Of a DNA stretch of 64,000 bases, positions 58,159 through 64,000 are shown piece after piece; position 1 is the stretch's first letter; every line of letters starts with the position of its first letter. Origin of the DNA: Candidatus Omnitrophota bacterium (lineage in GTDB: Bacteria > Omnitrophota > Omnitrophia > Omnitrophales > JACQLI01); assembly GCA_016179745.1 (NCBI GenBank), contig JACPCP010000010.1, positions 3,832 to 67,831 on the forward strand, in the 5' to 3' direction. A program made the position numbers and the translations under genes. The notes beneath the pieces were generated by a model. That model saw only the letters and a program-made list of their open reading frames with translations, had not been told where the DNA came from and searched no databases.

Positions 58159-60249
58159 TTACCAGCCGAGGGTAAATTCTAACGAGAACAGGTGGGCGAG
58201 GTAATCCCCTACTTCCGCATCGGCATTCGCCTTGTAAAGGGAGTATCCATACTCGGGCGAGAGGGTCAGGCGCTCATTCACCGCCCATTGGAGGCCCAAG
58301 GTCAAGTCGACCCGGTCAAAGTCGGCCCCCATCGGGATTCCCCGATCCGAAAAATCGTCGAAGTTCCGGGCGTGGGTGAGAAGAAAGGAAGTGGTCGTCG
58401 TCAGGTTGGGCCGGGGAAAATAATTGACCGAAAAAAGCCAGGTGTTGGAGTCCGCCGTAAAACGAGGAATGGCAGTCGTGGCGTTGGAAGCGGCGGCCGG
58501 GGAAACAACCGAGAGGAGCTGCCGGGAGAAAGCGGTCGTCAAAAGAAAATCAGCAGAGGGCTGGTAGGAGAGATCCAGGGTCACTGTTTGTGAATTGGCA
58601 TCCGAATCGACAGCAACCTCATTCTCTGCCCGGGATCGGTCGTCCTCAAGGCGAAGCTGGTAGCGAAAAGAGGGGCGAACCCGGATCCAGGACGTGAGGG
58701 TGGTCCGGAAGGCATATTCCGTAATGTCGACATCCAGCTCATCGTAGAAAGCAGACCGGGCCGTGCTCCCTGTGGGATCGGTTTCACGGGTATCGTCATA
58801 ATCATTGTTACTCCAACGCTGCCTCACGTGGGTCGTCAAATCCAAGTGATCCGTGGGAAGGATCCGGGCGCCCAGGGTCCAGACTCCCCGGCCGATATGA
58901 GTGATGGTTTCACGGCTGAAAGTGTCATTGGCGCTCGCAGCGGATTGGCCCGCAAGGCTTAGCCGGTCCTCACTCAGCCAGTTTCTGGCCTGCTCAAATT
59001 CGAGCTCTCCATAAAGGGCGGTGCGGGAGATTGAGGTATTTCGGAAGGAAATACTTTCTCCGAAGCGGTAGATATTGCTGTCAGTAACGCTTCGTGCGGT
59101 GGTATTGATGATGCCGTCCGGGGCGCCCGCCGTGGTGTCATCGGGGTAAAGGGAGTTTCCGTGGCCGATGATCCTTTCGGTCTTCAGTCTCCCCACCAGA
59201 TTGGTGGATGGCCAAAGATTCCAGAGGTAACTGGCCACCCAGGTGTGGGAGTCGTAGTCATTGTCCGCACGAGCATTCCGGATCTGCTTCGGATTAGCGA
59301 AATTGGTCACCACCCGGTTCTCATTCATCTCAAAGATATTTTCCATTTCTTGATTGTTGAGATGGACATAGCGGTAGGCGACGCCGCCGAATTTCTTTTC
59401 ATCCTTGGACCAGCGTTCCGCCTCAAGCGTGGTGGACATAAACCGGGCCTGAGGTTCCTGGATCTGGTTTCGGATCTTCCGGTCAGCGGCGGCGGCCGTC
59501 GTGGAACGCCACCTTTCCTCCCGCATCAGTTCTGATTTCGAAATTTCCCACTTTTGTTCTCCCTTGACATCGAAACCCTGAATCTTTTGTTCCATGCGGA
59601 GGCCAAAAATATCCACCACCTCCTCAATCTCCTGAAAGGCCGGGGCAATGTAACGGATAATGCTGCCTTCGGTGACCCCGGCCCAGGTGAGACGGGACTT
59701 GATACCGTCCTTAAACTCTCTTTCATAAAAGAAAACCGTGTCCGGGAGCTTTCCCAGATCGAGCCCCACCTCCAGGGCCAAATGCCCGATCTCAAGCTCA
59801 AGCTCCCGGTCCACATTGGCCGATTTGAAGGTGGTGAATCGCCGGTAAGCGCCCCCCGTGTTGTCATAAAAACGGCTAAATTCCTTGTAGTCGAGATGGA
59901 GAAAGCCAAAATCTTCCTTTTCGATCTCCAGCTCCCCCTTGAGATCGTTCTCGTCAATGAAGGCGTGGCCTTCGGAAACCATGGAAATTTTCTCTTCGGG
60001 ATTGGCGGAGTAAAGTGAGAACTCTTTGATGCCCCCTACATAGTTGTCCTTGATCCAATGGTGGGCTTCGAATTTTCTCTCGTCTCCGCTCACGGAAGTG
60101 AATCGAAGAGGCGCGGGGGTGATCGAGACTTCACTTTCGGCCGCCAGGGCCTGAGAAGCCATAAGCAATGCGAGAAAGGAGGAAAATATAAAGAAAATCA
60201 CGGTGCTTCCTGCGGGCCGTATCGTGTTTTTCTTCCCGGAATTAATCAT
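58159..60249 (-). CDS. Large outer-membrane beta-barrel, MtrB/PioB-like partner of a multiheme cytochrome
   Basis: Signal peptide (AQA-like ALA-A), ~695 aa of amphipathic strands, C-terminal FSLEFTLGW; directly downstream of an MtrA-like gene. Confidence 0.72.
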   Translation of the reverse strand: MINSGKKNTIRPAGSTVIFFIFSSFLALLMASQALAAESEVSITPAPLRFTSVSGDERKFEAHHWIKDNYVGGIKEFSLYSANPEEKISMVSEGHAFIDENDLKGELEIEKEDFGFLHLDYKEFSRFYDNTGGAYRRFTTFKSANVDRELELEIGHLALEVGLDLGKLPDTVFFYEREFKDGIKSRLTWAGVTEGSIIRYIAPAFQEIEEVVDIFGLRMEQKIQGFDVKGEQKWEISKSELMREERWRSTTAAAADRKIRNQIQEPQARFMSTTLEAERWSKDEKKFGGVAYRYVHLNNQEMENIFEMNENRVVTNFANPKQIRNARADNDYDSHTWVASYLWNLWPSTNLVGRLKTERIIGHGNSLYPDDTTAGAPDGIINTTARSVTDSNIYRFGESISFRNTSISRTALYGELEFEQARNWLSEDRLSLAGQSAASANDTFSRETITHIGRGVWTLGARILPTDHLDLTTHVRQRWSNNDYDDTRETDPTGSTARSAFYDELDVDITEYAFRTTLTSWIRVRPSFRYQLRLEDDRSRAENEVAVDSDANSQTVTLDLSYQPSADFLLTTAFSRQLLSVVSPAAASNATTAIPRFTADSNTWLFSVNYFPRPNLTTTTSFLLTHARNFDDFSDRGIPMGADFDRVDLTLGLQWAVNERLTLSPEYGYSLYKANADAEVGDYLAHLFSLEFTLGW

Positions 60250-60251
60250 TT

Positions 60252-61091
60252 TTAATAGCGCAGATGTTCGTCGAAATTGGAACCGTGCATCCCCGTGTGG
60301 CACCCGGCGCTAAAGCAAGTTCCCTGCGGCAGTCGGGCGGCGTGGCTTGATTTTCCGATCGTCGGAAAATTCACTTGGGTATGGCAGCGAAGGCAGAGCG
60401 TGCTGTCCCGGGCCATCAGGAGGCTCGGATGGATGGAGCCATGGACCTTGTGGCAGGTCGTGCATCCTTCCCGGACCGCCTCATGTTCAAAGACAAAAGG
60501 GCCCCGCTGTTCTTTGTGGCACTTGAAGCAAGCTTCATTCATATCGTTCAGGGTGGTTGCCGACCAGGGACGGACCTCGGCACCGTGAGCGCTGTGACAA
60601 TCCGTGCAACTGACCTTCCCCTCCAGAACAGGATGGTGGTAAGGGAGACGAAACTCGATTTTCTTATCCAAGTGGCAGTTAAAGCAGGCGCTGGGATCCC
60701 GTTTCGGATTGATAATCGTCTGGCGTTTCCCTTTTTTGTCTGTGTCGCTCGCCTCGACGTGCAGGCTGCCCGGCCCGTGACACATTTCGCAGCCTTGGGC
60801 CTTAACTTTTTCACCCGGGACGGAAATCCGGGAATGGGTGGAGAGACGGAATTCCTTCGCCTCTTTCTCGTGGCAGAGGACACAAGTGTCCGTCCCGACA
60901 TATTCAGCGGTAACAGATTCCTTTGCCTTGATCGCCTTCGGCGCTTCGGAAGGAGGACCTCTTTCACCTTCGGATTCCGGCCAAACGGGGCTTGGGAATA
61001 GGGCCAGGAAAAGCGTCAATGAAAGAATTGAGCAAAACGGCAAGATCCAACGGCGGGACGGGAGCAGCGGAAAAGACTTTTTGGGGATCAT
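60252..61091 (-). CDS. Periplasmic multiheme cytochrome c, MtrA/DmsE-like (7 CxxCH plus 1 Cx4CH)
   Basis: CEMCHGPGSLH, HHPVLEGKVSCTDCH, RGPFVFEH, CFSAGCH..HGSN; start uncertain (61091 or 61178). Confidence 0.88.
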   Translation of the reverse strand: MIPKKSFPLLPSRRWILPFCSILSLTLFLALFPSPVWPESEGERGPPSEAPKAIKAKESVTAEYVGTDTCVLCHEKEAKEFRLSTHSRISVPGEKVKAQGCEMCHGPGSLHVEASDTDKKGKRQTIINPKRDPSACFNCHLDKKIEFRLPYHHPVLEGKVSCTDCHSAHGAEVRPWSATTLNDMNEACFKCHKEQRGPFVFEHEAVREGCTTCHKVHGSIHPSLLMARDSTLCLRCHTQVNFPTIGKSSHAARLPQGTCFSAGCHTGMHGSNFDEHLRY

Positions 61092-61142
61092 CTCGGCTAT
61101 TTTTGTTTGCTTAATATTACGGCCGGTTGCCGTTTTGCCTCT

Positions 61143-61158
61143 AGTGACCCGTGTCACA
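61143..61158 (-). promoter_or_regulatory. CRP/FNR-family box
   Basis: TGTGA-cacggg-TCACT upstream of the cytochrome-porin operon; TAATAT 23 nt downstream. Confidence 0.6.
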
Positions 61159-61315
61159 GATCTGACGGCCTGGTGCATTATGCCATTGGGCTAAATGCTT
61201 CGGATGAGATTATCGCAAAGGATAGTAGATTTAATAAATTGATTTTTCTTCTCTAACCAATCAGTTTGACTGATTTATCTCGGGTATGAAGAACGTCTTT
61301 CAATCTCGCCACGGC

Positions 61316-62780
61316 CTAATCCGACCCGCCGGTGTGGCAATCGGTGCAGGCCATTTCCTTCCAGGTCTCGCCGATGTCTTCCGGATGTTTAAATTCAAGC
61401 CCCTCCGAAGCCCGCTCCGGCTGGGCGGCCGGCCCCTGTTCAATGATGCTGTGGCAGACGGCGCACTCGTTCCGGATCACCTTCCCCTCCTCTGTCTGAT
61501 GTAACCCATCGTGGCAGCGGAAGCAGCCCGGAAAGATAAAGTGGCCGATGTTGTTCGGGTATTCCTTCCACGAGACTTTCATATTGGGAAAAAAGTTGGT
61601 CCGGTAAATTTCCTGGACCGCCTTGACGGTCCGTTCGATCCTTTTTTCCTTCTGGGCCCAGATTTCGGGATACTTCGTTTGGTAAAAATTTTCCAGGTGA
61701 CTCCGGACCCCGGCCAGGGCCGCCTCCGGGGACGGGTAATCGCCCAAAAGCGCCTTCACCGCCTCCCGTTTGACGTAGGGAAGCGAACGGTCGATGACGC
61801 CGTAACTCATCGCTTCATTGACCGCCTTGGAAGGAGACTTGAAGATATGGCTCGGGCGGTTGTGGCAGTCCATGCAATCCATCCGGCGCAATTCGCCCTT
61901 CGGCAGATTCGTGGCTGAAAGACCCGATCCTTTCTCGACAAAAACCTCCTCTCGGCCATCCGGTCCGATCTTCTTGACCCAGGGGATGACCTGCCGCTTT
62001 TCGTCGGTGGCCACGTAATAAACCTGGTTATTGATGTTCATGTGCCAATGGATCCCCTCTTTCCTGCCGTAAGGAGGGATGCCGCCCCCGACAAACATCA
62101 GCATCCGGGTTTTCCATTCCGTATTGGTCTCGTCGGGTAAAAAGTATTCCCGGTCCTGCTCCACAGCGCCGAAAAATTGACGGGGCCAGTGACACTTCTC
62201 GCAGGTCTCCTGCGCCGGGCGAAGGTTTTTAATGGGGGTCTTGATCGGCTTCGAATATTTTTTTGTCAAGACAGAATAAATTTGATAGGACGGGTCCGAT
62301 GTGACATTCGGCGCAGGCCACCCGGGCATGGGGAGAATTGTGATACGCCACATATTCCGGCTGCATGACTTGATGGCAAAGACGGCCGCAAAAGGCCGTC
62401 GATTCCGTAAACTCGTAGGCCCGGTAGGTCCCAACCATCGTAAAGAGCAAAAAGAGGGTGCAAACCCCAATGGTGGTGAAAGCCCACTTTTGATGGATGG
62501 GATTGTTGAAATCGATTTGCGGAAACCGCCGGACGTAACCCCGCTTAAAGCGCCTCTTCCTCTCCCTCCAGGCACCGAGAGGAATGATGATGAGGCTCGT
62601 GACCAGAAACCCCGGCAAAATGAGGTAGGTGATGGCCCCCAAATAGGGGTTGGTCTCTTTGGCCCAGAAATCCAGGACAAAGAGGAAGAGGAGGACGGCA
62701 AACAGGAAAACCGAAAGAATGCCGCCGATGACACTGATCCAGTTTTGGAAATAGTTTTCCTGCTTCGGGAAAGAGTCCAT
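61316..62780 (-). pseudogene. Membrane-anchored NapC/NirT-like multiheme cytochrome c (7 heme motifs), split by a frameshift/deletion near 62291
   Basis: Frame 1: 3 TM helices, TES..FCGRLCH, SPHARVACAECHIGP. Frame 2 continues SYQIYSV..RPAQETCEKCH and four more CxxCH. Confidence 0.82.
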
Positions 62781-62821
62781 CCGTCACCTTTTCTATAAAC
62801 TATCGGCATCCCCTAAAGAAA

Positions 62822-62887
62822 AGGGGACAGGCACCTTTAAGGGGACACCCATTTTTGCCTGTCCCCCTAAAGGTGCCTGTCCCCTGA
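62822..62887. repeat. Nested GGGGACA palindromic (REP-like) element; could also act as a terminator
   Basis: Perfect 18-bp IR AGGGGACAGGCACCTTTA/TAAAGGTGCCTGTCCCCT with inner GGGGACA/TGTCCCC. Confidence 0.8.
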
Positions 62888-62909
62888 ACTGACTGAACTG
62901 GCCTGAACT

Positions 62910-63380
62910 TTATCCCTGCGGAACCGGGTGTTTGATCTTTTCCCAGTATTCTGCGTAATTAAAACTTTTGAAGGTCGGCGCTTCCGGATTGTGACACTTC
63001 TGGCAGGTCTTTTCATCCGGCACAACCAGCCCCGCCTCAACGGCGGCCGCCTCATCTTCCATCACGCTTTTCTTCATATAATCCTTCCCCGGGCCGTGGC
63101 AGGATTCGCAGGAAACGCCTTCTTCAACAGGAATCGCTGCCGTGACGACCGCCTCGGTAAACCCATAAGCGGTGGAATGACACTTCAGGCACTTCCCGTC
63201 CGTCTGGGGATTCTCAACGCCCTTTTGAGCACCCTGCGCTTTCGCCTCCGGGGTTCCCAGGGTTTCAAAGGCCTTGGCGTGCCCGGATTCCTGCCAGATA
63301 CGGACCTGTTCCCCCTGTTCCGGTTTTTTATGGCAGATGGCGCACTTGGTGGAGCCCACAAACTCATGTTCAAACTGGGC
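62910..63380 (-). pseudogene. Tetraheme cytochrome c (c554-like domain) lacking its own signal peptide and start
   Basis: CAICH, CLKCH, CESCHGPG, CQKCH; upstream in-frame reading AQFEHEFVGS reaches a stop with no signal peptide and overlaps the cytochrome b end. Confidence 0.7.
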
Positions 63381-64000
63381 ACGTTTTCTTTGATTCCGAC
63401 AAATAACCCATCATCCCAAGCACCAGGAGTGAAAGCACCACAAGAATCCCGATCGTCATCGCTACCGGCCGCTTGAGCGGATGACGCTCCTTGGAACGGT
63501 CGATAAAAGGCCAGATAAATAGAAAAAGGGGCGCCAGCGAGACAATAAAAATGCCCACGAGCTTCGGGAAATATTTGATCACCTGATACATGGGCAGAAA
63601 ATACCACTCGGGCTTGATGGCAAAGGGGGTCTGGAGCGGGTCGGCCTTTTCGCCCAACTCAAAAGGGGCCAGAATGGCCAGGGTGACCAGAAGACCCAGC
63701 AGGAGATAAAATACCATCCCTTCCTTCGTGACATGATGGGGAAAAAAGGGGATGCCTTCTCCGGGCTTGGGCTTTTTCTCCTGGCCGACCGGCTCCAGGG
63801 TGGCAATCCCCTGAAACCGGACAAGGACCAGATGAAACAGGACAATAAAGAAAACAGCCCACGGAAGGACGATGACGTGCACCACAAAAAACCGGGAGAG
63901 CGTCTCTCCGCTCACACTCTCTCCTCCCCTCAAAAGGGTCTTGATCCACTCACCGGCCCCGGGAATGGCGCCGGCCACCTCGGTCCCCACGGTCGTGGCC
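63370..64000 (-). CDS. Cytochrome b/b6 of a Rieske/cytochrome b complex (5' part outside window)
   Basis: TLSRFFVVHVIVLP...HLVLV, PFFPHH, TP..IKPEWYF Qo-site motif; b6 and subunit-IV parts lie in one frame. Confidence 0.92.
   Translation of the reverse strand, partial: ATTVGTEVAGAIPGAGEWIKTLLRGGESVSGETLSRFFVVHVIVLPWAVFFIVLFHLVLVRFQGIATLEPVGQEKKPKPGEGIPFFPHHVTKEGMVFYLLLGLLVTLAILAPFELGEKADPLQTPFAIKPEWYFLPMYQVIKYFPKLVGIFIVSLAPLFLFIWPFIDRSKERHPLKRPVAMTIGILVVLSLLVLGMMGYLSESKKTCPV

Noticed and set aside
1-64000. CRISPR arrays, tRNA/rRNA genes, integrases/transposases
   Set aside because: No regularly spaced repeats, tRNA-like arms or recombinase motifs seen by eye; dedicated scans were not run

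Overview
GC-rich Gram-negative bacterial chromosome segment. Gene style is suggestive of Candidatus Omnitrophota/PVC, but that is inference only. The left 34 kb is mostly housekeeping: minor pilins, MFS transporters, gltBD, ispH, plsC, htpX, era, moeB, apgM, pckG, a LacD-type aldolase and trxA. It is interrupted by small accessory units: a BrnT/BrnA pair, a signal-peptide DUF1016-SNase fusion, a DUF5678/retropepsin pair, and an HTH-MNT/HEPN module flanked by a diverged 99-bp duplicate of an aldo/keto reductase 5' end. A promoter-driven ~390-nt non-coding region folds into two tandem rod-like hairpins (1688-2076). The right 30 kb is an almost entirely minus-strand anaerobic respiration island. 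It encodes cytochrome b, a tetraheme cytochrome c, a NapC/NirT-like multiheme protein (disrupted), an MtrA/MtrB-like cytochrome-porin pair, a Fur-boxed OM barrel-feoBA unit and a heme-type radical SAM/SPASM enzyme. It also holds a LysR regulator, an anchor-less Tat-exported Psr/Arr-family molybdoenzyme (B-A-TorD-porin), a Moco-riboswitch-controlled Moco operon, NirK, a cupredoxin-like protein and NnrS. Three island promoters share a TGTGA-N6-TCACT CRP/FNR-type box. No rRNA, tRNA, CRISPR array or transposase was seen. All calls come from reading motifs by eye; no searches were run.
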